64,000 nucleotides of DNA from Aureliella sp. (lineage in GTDB: Bacteria; Planctomycetota; Planctomycetia; Pirellulales; Pirellulaceae): NCBI GenBank assembly GCA_963691875.1, contig OY829846.1, positions 1,344,001 through 1,408,000 on the forward strand. Reading direction: 5' to 3'. The notes below the pieces were generated by a model. It worked only from the letters and a program-made list of their open reading frames with translations. It did not search any database and had not been told where the DNA came from. The translations under genes and the position numbers were made by a program. Shown one piece after another: positions 22,359 to 32,419 of the stretch; position 1 is the stretch's first letter; the number at the start of each line of letters is the position of its first letter.

Positions 22359-22433
22359 TATGCCTTCAATTCGATGGTGTCAGCATTTCTCAAGCGCAAG
22401 CACTTCACCTCACGCGAATCCACGGTTGAGTTA

Positions 22434-22523
22434 AGAATTCTGGCGAATCGCAATACAGGCAGGGAGGGAATTCTACCGCACCCCGCAAAAATTGATCGGA
22501 GGAATCCCGGTGAATCCCATTAC
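22434..22523 (-). repeat. Two degenerate REP-like copies
   Basis: AGAATTCTGGCGAATCGCAATAC (22434-22456) and GGAATCCCGGTGAATCCCATTAC (22501-22523) resemble 1381-1403. Confidence 0.6.
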
Positions 22524-22526
22524 TAG

Positions 22527-23495
22527 TCAGGTTAGCTCTTTTGCTGGAAAGACACCTGCGGTCGGTGGACTTTGAAAGTTTGTGTCGGCAATAAATAGTG
22601 CACCTGCATCGGGGGCCCCCGCTCGACGCTCCTCGGGCATGTGTTCGACCGCTGTTGTAATGACGAGCTTTACACTACCATCACTCATGGGCAACAAGAG
22701 TGGGCAGGTCGCTTGAGGGCTGCCTGGCGTCTGCCAAGTGTGTTCGTGCACTCCGTTGTACAGACTGTACTGCCGGGTTTCTCCCCATTCGGCTTCGTTC
22801 GGGTTGTAGAAGCTAATGATGATGCTCTGCTCATCCGGAGTCATCGTCATGCCATCAGGCACTGCCGGCAAATCGTTTAGATCAACGACGAGCTCTGCCT
22901 CACCAAGCGTTCCAGCTTTCACATCGATGGAGTAACGCACGACTTTCTTGGTCGGGGAGTCGATGTCGATCAAAGAACATCCGCCATTACCGGTGTGGAT
23001 GACGTCTTTTCCGTTGCTGCAGACCTGATCATTCCTCAGCTGAATCAGTTGCCTGGTTTCGCCTTGGTATAGGTAGAGCCCCGCTTTGGCAGTTTTGAAT
23101 TCCAAATCCTTCGTACCGAAGACACAATTGCAGCCGAAGATCGTCCCGTCGTTGACGATGGTTCCTTCAACGCCAGCATCGATCTGGTCGTTCAGCACTT
23201 GCCAACTTCCGTCGTTGCAATTGAATAGTCCTAGCTGCCGTTCGGCTCCAACTAGGAATAATCCTTCCACATCCGTAGGTTTCGCGAAGCCGGGGCGGCC
23301 TGGCAGCTCGAAATTCTGGTTTTGGCGACTCTCGACATCAAAGATATTGAGCGAACCGCGGGTACCGTTTGGGCCATGCTGTATTGCGACCCATGAAAAT
23401 TTACCCGGCGAGAGGTAGGTAGGACCTTCAGGCAAGAACCGATGTTCCTCCGATTCGGGCATGTACAAGACTTGGGCGATAGTATCGTTGTTCAT
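22527..23495 (-). CDS. SMP-30/gluconolactonase/LRE family protein
   Basis: LPEGP, VNDG, CSNG, IDSPT, VPDGM, LVITTA beta-propeller motifs; ATG 23495 preferred. Confidence 0.85.
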   Translation of the reverse strand: MNNDTIAQVLYMPESEEHRFLPEGPTYLSPGKFSWVAIQHGPNGTRGSLNIFDVESRQNQNFELPGRPGFAKPTDVEGLFLVGAERQLGLFNCNDGSWQVLNDQIDAGVEGTIVNDGTIFGCNCVFGTKDLEFKTAKAGLYLYQGETRQLIQLRNDQVCSNGKDVIHTGNGGCSLIDIDSPTKKVVRYSIDVKAGTLGEAELVVDLNDLPAVPDGMTMTPDEQSIIISFYNPNEAEWGETRQYSLYNGVHEHTWQTPGSPQATCPLLLPMSDGSVKLVITTAVEHMPEERRAGAPDAGALFIADTNFQSPPTAGVFPAKELT

Positions 23496-23826
23496 TCCCG
23501 CAGTTCTTTTTGAAGTTGCATGAGTTACTAAATAGTGTTCGGTAAGGCTATCGTGACCGCTGTCCTTTGTCCACACAGGCAGGAGGTCGCCCAGCGAGAA
23601 GCAAAGATTCCTCTTGCTGAATTCAGTCGAATCGCTGGCGCGGCGGTGCTCTCGCTGACAACCGTGGCGAACGCCCATGCGACTAAAATCTCGAGCCCTT
23701 GCCCTGGGTTGTCGCGTTGGAAGCAAATCAGATCCCCTGTTCAGCCCATGGAGTTTTGCTACTTTGAATGCTTGAGGCGAGGAGAATCATCGCGTCTTCA
23801 CCACCCGACGATTTCAGGAAATCAAA

Positions 23827-24627
23827 ATGGCCAGTCCCAAGGTGCTAGTACTACGAGCACCAGGCACAAATTGTGACGAAGAAACCGCTTTTGCATTTGA
23901 GCAAGTGGGCGCGCATGTGGTCAGCGTTCACGTGAACGCGCTGATCGAGGATCCCAAGCTCGGCGATGATTGCCAGATACTCTGCTTCCCAGGCGGATTT
24001 AGCTACGGCGATGATATCGCGGCCGGCCGAATTTTGGCTGGACGGCTAAAAGTGCATCTTAGCGAAATGGTCGAGCAGTTTAGAGTTGAGGATCGTCTCG
24101 TCCTGGGCATTTGCAATGGATTCCAAGTCATGATGCGTTTGGGCATCTTCTTTCCCAGCGCGGTTTATGAGAACGTCGCCGAGAATCCGCCAGCGACGCT
24201 TACTTGGAATCGTCAGGCTAGGTTCGAGGATCGGTGGGTGCATCTAAAGAATGAAGAGTCGAATAGCGTCTTCCTTCGGGGCATCGACTCGATGTATTTG
24301 CCGATGGCCCATGCAGAAGGGAGATTTGTAATTTCAGATGTGGGAAGCACTGAAAAGCTGCTCGTCAACAAGCAACTCGGATTGCGTTATTGCTCGGCTG
24401 CGGGACAAACTGGCGCAAAGCCATTGGATTTTCCCATCAATCCAAACGGAGCCGACTACAACGTGGCAGGTATCTCTGATCCCACAGGCAGAATCTTTGG
24501 TTTGATGCCTCACCCAGAACGCCACATCGACCCTACACAGCATCCCAATTGGACACGTCGCAGCGAGCAACCAGCCGCTGGGGAAGGCCTCAAGATGTTT
24601 CAGAATGCTGTAGAGTACTTTGCTTAG
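23827..24627 (+). CDS. purQ: Phosphoribosylformylglycinamidine synthase glutaminase subunit
   Basis: PGTNCD, PGGFSYGD, LGICNGFQ, AHAEG, GLMPHPER. Confidence 0.96.
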   Translation: MASPKVLVLRAPGTNCDEETAFAFEQVGAHVVSVHVNALIEDPKLGDDCQILCFPGGFSYGDDIAAGRILAGRLKVHLSEMVEQFRVEDRLVLGICNGFQVMMRLGIFFPSAVYENVAENPPATLTWNRQARFEDRWVHLKNEESNSVFLRGIDSMYLPMAHAEGRFVISDVGSTEKLLVNKQLGLRYCSAAGQTGAKPLDFPINPNGADYNVAGISDPTGRIFGLMPHPERHIDPTQHPNWTRRSEQPAAGEGLKMFQNAVEYFA

Positions 24628-24756
24628 CACAGAATTATTTTAGCTGAAGCTCGCATTCCGGCGAATGACGTATTTCACAGCCATTCGAAAGCCTGCCAGG
24701 CATGCCTGCAAAAGCGCAGTCTCACCTAATAACCGAAGCTTCGGTCGCCTAATTCG

Positions 24757-25893
24757 CTAATCAGCAAGTTCCAAAAGCTCTTCCGCAATCGATGATAGGC
24801 TGACACTTTGAAGATTGCACATCATTGCAACTGCGTCGCCGCTGCTGGGTTGAAGCATTAAGATAGTCGAAGTCCCGGCCTGGCCGCCGGTGTGGGAGAC
24901 TAGCTTTGCTCCTTCTTCCGTTTTGACGCGCCAGCCAAGCCCGTAACCTGTCGACTTCCCGTCGGATGTCGTTTGAGCAGTCCACATCTCGTCCAACGCG
25001 TTCTGTGGCAACATTTTGCCTTGATTCAGTGCGATTGCAAATCTCACCAAGTCGCCAGCACTTGAAAGTAGCCCGCCCCCCGGAATCTTCACACTCGTGT
25101 CATGTAATGGTGCATTGTATAGCTCATCAGGCTTCATGTACCCAAGTCCACCAAGCCGGGTAATCGTGCCAAGATCTGGACGCATGTAGCCGCGAGTCCT
25201 GTTCGCAATGATTGAATATTGATCGTCGGAAACAGTTGCATCCATGGCTGCTCGATTAAAAACCCTCTCCTCAAGGAGTTGGAGGAAATTCTGACCACTC
25301 GCACCTTCTGCAATATTGCCCAGCAGGTTGTAGCCAAACGTCGTGTACAAGAACTTGCTTCCAGGCTCATGTCGCAGCGGATCGTCTTTGAAGGTTTCGA
25401 GAGCTGCATTCGGGCTAAAAAAGTGCGCTGTGGAGCGTGTTTCGGCATTGCTCTTATAATGTCGAACTCCTCCCAAATGCCCGAGCAGTTGTCGCGATGT
25501 TACGACCCACTTCTTGGCAGGATATCTTGGGCAATAAGTTCGAATGTCTTTGTCTAGATCGAGTCTGCTCTCTTCGGCCAGAGATAAAATTACGACCGCA
25601 GTCATCGACTTGGCTATGGACGCCGTTCGATACCGGGTCTCGGCAGTGGCAGCGACTGAGTTTTCAACGTCCGCCATTCCGTAGCCTTTTTCCAAAATCA
25701 ATTGACTGTCTTTGGCGATTGCGATCGAGAGGCCGGGGATCCCCTTTGCAGCAATAAAGTCATTGGCTCGTTGGTCTATCTGGCGGGTTAGACCGGCCGA
25801 GCTCCTACCCTTCTCCTGAGCCGGAGTTGACGTGACCGCGCCTAGAACTGCGCCTAGAACCAGAACCGAAAAAAGCATCCCGCGCTGGAGCAT
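24757..25893 (-). CDS. Secreted serine hydrolase, beta-lactamase/AmpC-like family
   Basis: Signal peptide; SIAK (SxxK), LLGHLGG, YTTFGY, HTGG. Confidence 0.9.
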   Translation of the reverse strand: MLQRGMLFSVLVLGAVLGAVTSTPAQEKGRSSAGLTRQIDQRANDFIAAKGIPGLSIAIAKDSQLILEKGYGMADVENSVAATAETRYRTASIAKSMTAVVILSLAEESRLDLDKDIRTYCPRYPAKKWVVTSRQLLGHLGGVRHYKSNAETRSTAHFFSPNAALETFKDDPLRHEPGSKFLYTTFGYNLLGNIAEGASGQNFLQLLEERVFNRAAMDATVSDDQYSIIANRTRGYMRPDLGTITRLGGLGYMKPDELYNAPLHDTSVKIPGGGLLSSAGDLVRFAIALNQGKMLPQNALDEMWTAQTTSDGKSTGYGLGWRVKTEEGAKLVSHTGGQAGTSTILMLQPSSGDAVAMMCNLQSVSLSSIAEELLELAD

Positions 25894-25992
25894 GAGGAGT
25901 TTCCTTTCTGAGTTAAAAGAAGCGACAACATTCTAAGCTGGCCTACATGGCTCGTGTTTTTGCGTCTTGGTGTAACGTCAGCAAGCGCGCAC

Positions 25993-26022
25993 AAAAAAAA
26001 GCCCAGTCATCTGACCGAGCTT
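25993..26022 (-). terminator. Rho-independent terminator
   Basis: Minus strand AGCTCGGTC-AGAT-GACTGGGCT (two G-U pairs) followed by a T run. Confidence 0.75.
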
Positions 26023-26069
26023 CCTGATTCAAGGCTGCATCGAGCAGCAGCGATTCGCCTACCAAAAGC

Positions 26070-26417
26070 TTAGCGAACCTTGGCACCACGACGTGTCAAA
26101 ACAACGTCGACGCATTCGCCACATGAGAACTTGTAGGTCAAGATTTTGCGACCAAACAAACCCTTCTTCCAAGAATCCAGGCAAGGTGTTTGGTCTGCAC
26201 AGCAAGCTGGTAAGCAAGCGCTAACTTCTTCGCCTGTGCAGCAAGGGTCACATGGATCCTTCACGCACCACTTAACACAAACTGGTGGTGGAGGAGGTGG
26301 GCAGCAGCAAGGAGTGCAATCGTCGCAGTGAGCGTTGACGGTCGCTGGAGCTGCAGCCAGCAAGGAGAAACAGAGCATGCCAGCCAAGGCAATGCGAATC
26401 ATCTTAGTGCCGATCAT
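26070..26417 (-). CDS. Small secreted Cys/Pro-rich protein
   Basis: GGAGG then ATG 26417; signal peptide ending VNA; 16 Cys in the mature part; own terminator. Confidence 0.8.
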   Translation of the reverse strand: MIGTKMIRIALAGMLCFSLLAAAPATVNAHCDDCTPCCCPPPPPPVCVKWCVKDPCDPCCTGEEVSACLPACCADQTPCLDSWKKGLFGRKILTYKFSCGECVDVVLTRRGAKVR

Positions 26418-26576
26418 GGTAGAAACCTCCAAAGTTGATCTGACGCGGTCTTTAGTACTCCTAACAGCATAGGACCACTTATCGCAACTGTCGTGACCCC
26501 CAATGTGGAAAAGCGCAATTTAGGGCAAAAAAGACAGTCTTGTAGAGGGGGAGGTCTCTCTACCATAGAGGTTAAG

Positions 26577-27242
26577 CTAGCTCAAGCTTTCAGCCTCTCC
26601 AGCTTCCGATTCCTCGTCGTACATCTCGGACTCGCGTTTTCTCTCTCGATCGGTCTCTTCTTCGGTCAGTCCTCCAGTGATTAGCTCGCGGTCAAGCATG
26701 GATTCCAGTGATCTCAGGATCTCGCCGAGTTCGTCACGCTGATACTTAAAGTCATCGAATACGAAGACCTTTTTTTGTCCGTTGTCCTCGTAATGTGCCT
26801 TGGCGATGCCCTTCTTTGCCCATTTGCGTTTGTCGAGCTCTGTTACTTTTTCAAAATCAACGTCCTGCCCCCAACTTGATGTAAGTCCAGATTCGGTCGA
26901 TTCGATAAATGATCCACGGCAACTCAGGAAGTAGAGGACGGCCGGGATGCCAGTGAGCAGTCCGACAACCATATAGACGAACTGTCCCTGGATGTCGGCT
27001 CGAATCTTTTCTGCCGTCTTGGAAGGTGTTTCCCAGCCATTTTGTTCGACCAATCTCTTCCAATCTGTTTCCCGTTTAACTGGGTCTTCTATCTTTCTGA
27101 GTTCGTCGTATGCCTCGGCGGCGGGAAGTTTGGCAGGATAACCAACAAAGCCGTCATATCCAAACCAGGCTGCTCCGCCCAGGCACACGAGAGCCATGAT
27201 CACGTAACGATAGAGATAATTAGTTTGAAATTCAGCGCGCAT
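26577..27242 (-). CDS. Hypothetical two-TM membrane protein
   Basis: Two hydrophobic helices (WFGYDGFVGYP; QFVYMVVG) and a soluble C-terminal domain. Confidence 0.75.
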   Translation of the reverse strand: MRAEFQTNYLYRYVIMALVCLGGAAWFGYDGFVGYPAKLPAAEAYDELRKIEDPVKRETDWKRLVEQNGWETPSKTAEKIRADIQGQFVYMVVGLLTGIPAVLYFLSCRGSFIESTESGLTSSWGQDVDFEKVTELDKRKWAKKGIAKAHYEDNGQKKVFVFDDFKYQRDELGEILRSLESMLDRELITGGLTEEETDRERKRESEMYDEESEAGEAESLS

Positions 27243-27386
27243 GGTAATGTCCGAAATCAGCCAGCTTCAATTCCAGCGGATTTGCGATATCGATAAATTG
27301 CCTGGTGAGGGTACTACTATTAGAGAAAGAGACCAACGATGCCCAGAATAACATAGCCATTTGTAAAGGGAGCGACGCTCTGGTCT

Positions 27387-28832
27387 CTATTTGCCTCTAA
27401 GCCGTGAAGAATACTCAGGGCGATCGCGCCAGTCGTCAAAGTAGACACGATAGGCGTCGACATCAGTCCAGAACCTTGGCTCGGGTTCGCCTTCTCGAAC
27501 TTCGGACTCAGGATAATCCTGCCCAGCGATGCTCCGCGCTAGACTTGCCTGGAATTCCAGCATCATGTCCCGCAATGCAGCATTATCTTTCCTCGAGTAA
27601 ATATTCTCGGTTTCCTGCGTATCTGTCAAAAGGTCGTACACTTCGTAACGCTGTTTCTTGGCGGACTTGCCTCGGCCAAGCTGCAGTAACTTTAAATTCT
27701 TGTAGATGATCGCTGTCTCCCCGAAGCAACTGAAAACCAGCGGCTTATCACGGATTAATCCTTCGAGCGATTCATTGTGAAGCAGCGAGGCGAGACTTAG
27801 GCCATCTTGCGGATAGAGCATTGAAGACGTATCCAGTTCAAGTAGCTCTGCGATGGTTGGGAAGATATCAACGACGCCGGCCGAATAATTAGTGGCTCGA
27901 CCTGCCTTGATTTGAGCAGGCCACTCGATGATTCCAGGAACGCGAAGTCCACCTTCGTACAAACTGCCTTTGAAACCACGCAGGCCGCCGACAGTTTCGG
28001 GTGTGATCTTTGGCAAACCTCCGTTGTCGCTGCAATACCAGAACAGCGTGTTATCGGCGATTTCTAGTTCACGCAACTTTGCTCGCAAGGTGCCAACGCT
28101 TCGATCCAGAGCAACCAACTCACCGTAGTGATTCCTCGATTGTTGGTCGAGGTCTGCAAACTCGGTCGTATCCTCCTCGGCGGCACGAAACGGAGAGTGC
28201 GGAGTGCCAAACCAAATGACCGTAAAGGTTAACTTGCCCTGCTTCGCCTCCGTCTCGATAAACTTCAAGGCTTCGTCGACTACGATCTCGGAGGAATCTC
28301 CCTGGTGTTCTTCAAACTCGCCTTTTCGACTAAGGATAGGGTCACGATCGAAAAAATTCGTAACAGAAAGCCACTCGTGGAATCCGAATGCGCCCGGATT
28401 GTGATCATCTGATTTCAGGATAGGGACACCCGGCCCTCGAAGTCCATTCAAATGCCATTTGCCGAAGTGCCCACATCGATAGCCCGCTTTGGCGAGCGCT
28501 TGGGGCAGCGTTTTTTCTTGCAGTCGGAGAGCGAATCCATGGCTCTCGACACCCGTTCGATTGTTCGTGCGCCCCGTGAGCACGCTCGCTCGAGTAGGCG
28601 AGCAGACCGGGGCCGATGCATAGAAGCGATCAAAGCGCAAGCCGCTTTCCGCCATGGCATCTAGGTTCGGAGTCTTGAGGACCGGATGGCCATTGTAGCT
28701 CGTCTCGCCCCATCCTTGATCATCTGCCATCATCAGAACAATGTGAGGTCGCTCGGCTGCCAAAGCACTAGCGTTACACACTACAATTCCAAGCATTAAA
28801 ACAGAGTAGATTCTGTAGATTCGTGACTGCAT
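27387..28832 (-). CDS. Formylglycine-dependent sulfatase
   Basis: PHIVLMMADDQG, CSPTRASVLTG, GKWHL, SDNG, KGSLYEGGLRVP; ATG 28832 followed by a signal peptide. Confidence 0.93.
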   Translation of the reverse strand: MQSRIYRIYSVLMLGIVVCNASALAAERPHIVLMMADDQGWGETSYNGHPVLKTPNLDAMAESGLRFDRFYASAPVCSPTRASVLTGRTNNRTGVESHGFALRLQEKTLPQALAKAGYRCGHFGKWHLNGLRGPGVPILKSDDHNPGAFGFHEWLSVTNFFDRDPILSRKGEFEEHQGDSSEIVVDEALKFIETEAKQGKLTFTVIWFGTPHSPFRAAEEDTTEFADLDQQSRNHYGELVALDRSVGTLRAKLRELEIADNTLFWYCSDNGGLPKITPETVGGLRGFKGSLYEGGLRVPGIIEWPAQIKAGRATNYSAGVVDIFPTIAELLELDTSSMLYPQDGLSLASLLHNESLEGLIRDKPLVFSCFGETAIIYKNLKLLQLGRGKSAKKQRYEVYDLLTDTQETENIYSRKDNAALRDMMLEFQASLARSIAGQDYPESEVREGEPEPRFWTDVDAYRVYFDDWRDRPEYSSRLRGK

Positions 28833-28878
28833 TCGTGGAGAGCCTGTAGGAAAGGGCGTTGTGGTTCGAGGAGTGAGA

Positions 28879-30339
28879 CTACTCGGGTTGTGTTTCAGAA
28901 ATGCCGGGACCGAATAAGTGCTTACCAGCCTTAGCAGAAGCGTGAGTGGCACGTTTGTCCTGCTCAATTCCAGGATCGGATTGTTCATGCATCCATGCAT
29001 CAAGCCTGGAACTCAACGTTTTCCGGATCTGTTGGTACTCAGGCTTTTCAGCTAAGTTTTTCATCTCGTAGGGATCTGAAGTCAAATCGTAAAGTTGTTC
29101 AGGCGGGCGATTCGTGTAGCGACGAACAAGTTGATAGGTTCGATCGTTCGCGGCGGCATCCCAAACCCAGGTCCCCCAGTACGGATTGTTGAGTGCACCT
29201 TCGCCGCGAATACCCATCAAGTGCTTCTCAATGTACGTTTCTTGTGGACTCAAGTTGCGGATGTAGTGATACCTTCCGTCCGTAACAGAACGAATCGGAT
29301 AGGGCGGACCTTCTGGGACGTTGTTATGCATTCCAAAGACGTACTGACGGTGTGATGTCGATTCGCCGCGCAAGACCGAGGCGAAGCTCGTTCCGTCAAG
29401 CTCTTGGCTTTCTATCGTTCCCCCAGCAAGCTCAAGAATTGTGGGGACAACGTCCGCATACTGGACCAATGCATCTGTAGTCCCTGGACGGATCTTACCC
29501 GGCCAGCGAGCGAACAGTGCCGTGTGAACTCCGGTGTCCCAGTTCGTCCACTTGCAGCCCGGGAATTGCGAGCCTTGCTCGGAAGTGAACAGAACGAGCG
29601 TATCGGAGCTCGTACCAGACACCTCGAGTGCTTTGAGCAGTTCGCCAACTTGGCCATCCATGTAAGTGATCTCAGCGAGATAGTTTGCGAAATCCTTCCG
29701 TGTCCTCTCTGTGTCAGCGATATTTGGCGGGAGCTTGATCTTGGCCGGCGGATACTGCCTGGGATCGCCCATCACCCAAGGCACGTGCGGTTCGACCAAA
29801 GCAACGACCAAGCAATACGGTTCCCTGCGATCGCGTGTCATGAATTCGGAAACAGCTGCTAGGTCGTGTTGCTTTGTGGGATTTCGCACACAGCTTTTGT
29901 CGAAGCCGTCGACATTCTCGAAGGGAAAAACCGACTTGGGAGTAACGTGCACTTTGCCTGCGATTCCCACTCGGTAGCCAGCTGCCTTCAAGTGGTGTGG
30001 AAGAGAACGCACGTCACGACGACTGGCCGAGTGATTCCAAGCGCAGCCATTTCGCATTGGATACAAACCGGTGTAAAGCTCTGCTCGGCAAGGCTGACAC
30101 ATTGCAGAGCACAGGTAGGCGCGATTAAAGACCAGACTTTGATTCGCCAATGCATCTAAGTTCGGCGTAATCGCGTTTTCTCCGCCGTAAGTTGGCAGAT
30201 CATTATGTGTGCAGTCATCCGCCATGATGATCAACACGTTCGGTTGATCGGCTTGAAGATCCGGCAAAGCAACCATGGTCGCAAGAGCGATGAATTTGCA
30301 GATCGAAGAAAGCTGTAAGTGCAAAGGGAGAATTTTCAT
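28879..30339 (-). CDS. Formylglycine-dependent sulfatase (sulfamidase-like)
   Basis: PNVLIIMADD, CQPCRAELYTG, GKVH, LYDLTSDPYEMKNL; ATG 30339 preferred. Confidence 0.92.
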   Translation of the reverse strand: MKILPLHLQLSSICKFIALATMVALPDLQADQPNVLIIMADDCTHNDLPTYGGENAITPNLDALANQSLVFNRAYLCSAMCQPCRAELYTGLYPMRNGCAWNHSASRRDVRSLPHHLKAAGYRVGIAGKVHVTPKSVFPFENVDGFDKSCVRNPTKQHDLAAVSEFMTRDRREPYCLVVALVEPHVPWVMGDPRQYPPAKIKLPPNIADTERTRKDFANYLAEITYMDGQVGELLKALEVSGTSSDTLVLFTSEQGSQFPGCKWTNWDTGVHTALFARWPGKIRPGTTDALVQYADVVPTILELAGGTIESQELDGTSFASVLRGESTSHRQYVFGMHNNVPEGPPYPIRSVTDGRYHYIRNLSPQETYIEKHLMGIRGEGALNNPYWGTWVWDAAANDRTYQLVRRYTNRPPEQLYDLTSDPYEMKNLAEKPEYQQIRKTLSSRLDAWMHEQSDPGIEQDKRATHASAKAGKHLFGPGISETQPE

Positions 30340-30720
30340 TCTTACTTCCTGAGTTCTTGACTCGAGCCAATACGCGAACTTGTGCGCATGATACTTGCTT
30401 TTCACTCGACTTTGTCATTCCTGTGGGAAACGAATGACATTTTGCAGTGAGACTGAGCACGCCATATCGAACCAGTGCAAGTCAGAGTTTCGCTCTATGA
30501 GTCGACGGCGCTAGCCGCTGGAAAGCGTTTTCTTGGTTCAGCCCGACGCTAGAGCGTTGGGGTCACTCCAACCATGTAAAACAGCGAGTGGCCCTGCATA
30601 TCGACCCAGGATTGGCCAACTCAAACTGAGTTTGTGTTATTATCTGCGGGTCCATTGCGTCGCTTGATTTAAGCGCGATGGCTCCCCTGAGATCCCCCCA
30701 ACAATACAGGAATCCGCAGC

Positions 30721-32238
30721 ATGCGTCTCCGCAAACTGAGTTACTTAGTGCCCTACCTCGCCTGCCTACTTGCCTTGTGTTCGATACAGGCGAAGGCTGA
30801 TGTGAGTTTGCCGAATATCTTTGGTGACCACATGGTTTTTCAGCAAAAACAGAAAAACAAAGTTTGGGGCAAGGCAGATCCTGGCGAAGCCGTTCGTGTC
30901 CAATTCCATGAATCAGTACAAGAGACTGAGGCAGACGACGATGGAATGTGGAGCGTGATGATTGATCCTGCTCCGGCAGGTGGACCTTACGAGCTAAGCG
31001 TCCAAGGTAAGAACTCGATCGTCATCAAAGACGTGCTCGTCGGCGAAGTTTGGATTTGCTCTGGTCAATCCAACATGGAATGGCGTGTAAACAGCTCCAA
31101 TGACCCGGATTTGGTCAAGGTGGCTGCCAACTATCCTGAGATTCGGATGATCAACTATCCAAACACGGGAAGCCAAACGCCAATCTTCACGCATGCCAAC
31201 TCCAACTGGATGGTCTGCAGCCCTTCAACTGTCGGCGACTTCTCGGCCGTCGGTTACTTCTTCGGCAGACAGCTACATCAGTCGCTCGGCGTTCCAATTG
31301 GTCTCGTCAACGACGCTTGGGGGGGTTCGGCTGCGGATGCTTGGATCAATCGAGATCTTCTGGAGGCGGACGAGCAGTACAAGCCGACTTTGGATCGCTG
31401 GAAGGCAATGGAGAAGCAGTACGATATCCTCGCTGCAAAAGCGGAGCCGAGCGATAACGAAAAGAAGCAAATGGCTGGTTTGCGTCGCCAAATGGGCGGA
31501 AATCACCGTCCGTCCAATATTTACAACGGAGTGCTCAAGTCTCATTTGGGCTACGGTATGAAAGGCGTCATCTGGTACCAAGGCGAATCGAATGCTGGAC
31601 GTGCTTACCAGTATCGTCATATCTTCCCGATGATGATTCAAAACTGGCGAGACGAGTGGGGCCAGGGTGATTTCCCATTCTACTGGGTGCAGTTGGCTGA
31701 CTTCCGAAATGAGGAAGCAGAGCCAGGTGAAAGCGATTGGGCCGAGTTGCGTGAGGCACAAACAATGACGATGAAGCTACCCAACACAGGTGAAGCGGTC
31801 ATCATCGATGTCGGCGAAGGCAAAGATATCCACCCGCGAAACAAGGTGATTGTGGGGCAACGTCTTGCACGCTGGGCACTCGCTAAGCAGTACGGCTTCG
31901 AGATTGCCTACCAAAGTCCGACTTACACTGGCATGAAGAAGGCAGGAAAGAAGCTAGTTCTTTCCTTCAGCCATGTTGATGGCGGTTGGAGACCTTTTGA
32001 TGTTCGCGAACCTGTCGGTTTCGCCATTGCAGGTGAGGACAAGAAGTTTGTCTGGGCAAAAGCCAAGATTGTGAACAACCAAACAATCGAAGTTTGGAGT
32101 GACGAAGTCGCAGAGCCTGTGGCAGTTCGATATGGCTGGGCCAACAACCCAGTCTGCAACATGTTCGACACAATGGGCCTGCCGCTCACTCCGTTTCGAA
32201 CGGACGACTGGCCTGGAGTCACTGTCGACAGGTTCTAA
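30721..32238 (+). CDS. Sialate O-acetylesterase (SASA family)
   Basis: GEVWICSGQSNM, WYQGESN, DIHPRNK, PVAVRYGW, PFRTD; signal peptide. Confidence 0.93.
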   Translation: MRLRKLSYLVPYLACLLALCSIQAKADVSLPNIFGDHMVFQQKQKNKVWGKADPGEAVRVQFHESVQETEADDDGMWSVMIDPAPAGGPYELSVQGKNSIVIKDVLVGEVWICSGQSNMEWRVNSSNDPDLVKVAANYPEIRMINYPNTGSQTPIFTHANSNWMVCSPSTVGDFSAVGYFFGRQLHQSLGVPIGLVNDAWGGSAADAWINRDLLEADEQYKPTLDRWKAMEKQYDILAAKAEPSDNEKKQMAGLRRQMGGNHRPSNIYNGVLKSHLGYGMKGVIWYQGESNAGRAYQYRHIFPMMIQNWRDEWGQGDFPFYWVQLADFRNEEAEPGESDWAELREAQTMTMKLPNTGEAVIIDVGEGKDIHPRNKVIVGQRLARWALAKQYGFEIAYQSPTYTGMKKAGKKLVLSFSHVDGGWRPFDVREPVGFAIAGEDKKFVWAKAKIVNNQTIEVWSDEVAEPVAVRYGWANNPVCNMFDTMGLPLTPFRTDDWPGVTVDRF

Positions 32239-32258
32239 CGACGATTGGTTCTTCAAGA

Positions 32259-32402
32259 CCGTAGTGGGATTCGCCAGAATTCCTGCGAGCCCCAATACAT
32301 GCCCGCCAGATCTTTCGTTAAAAGCCCCGCGACTTTTGGCTCCATGCAAAGTCCGGGGACATTGCTAATGCTGCATGAGTATTCTGGCGAGTCTCACTAC
32401 GG
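32259..32402. repeat. Inverted REP pair (REPIN/BIME-like) between convergent genes
   Basis: CCGTAGTGGGATTCGCCAGAAT ... ATTCTGGCGAGTCTCACTACGG form terminal inverted repeats with 20/22 identity. Confidence 0.75.
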
Positions 32403-32419
32403 AAGAGTTTTCGAATGAG

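Noticed and set aside
30497..30570. Possible remnant of a second palindromic repeat family
   Set aside because: Too degenerate to define a consensus from this window alone.
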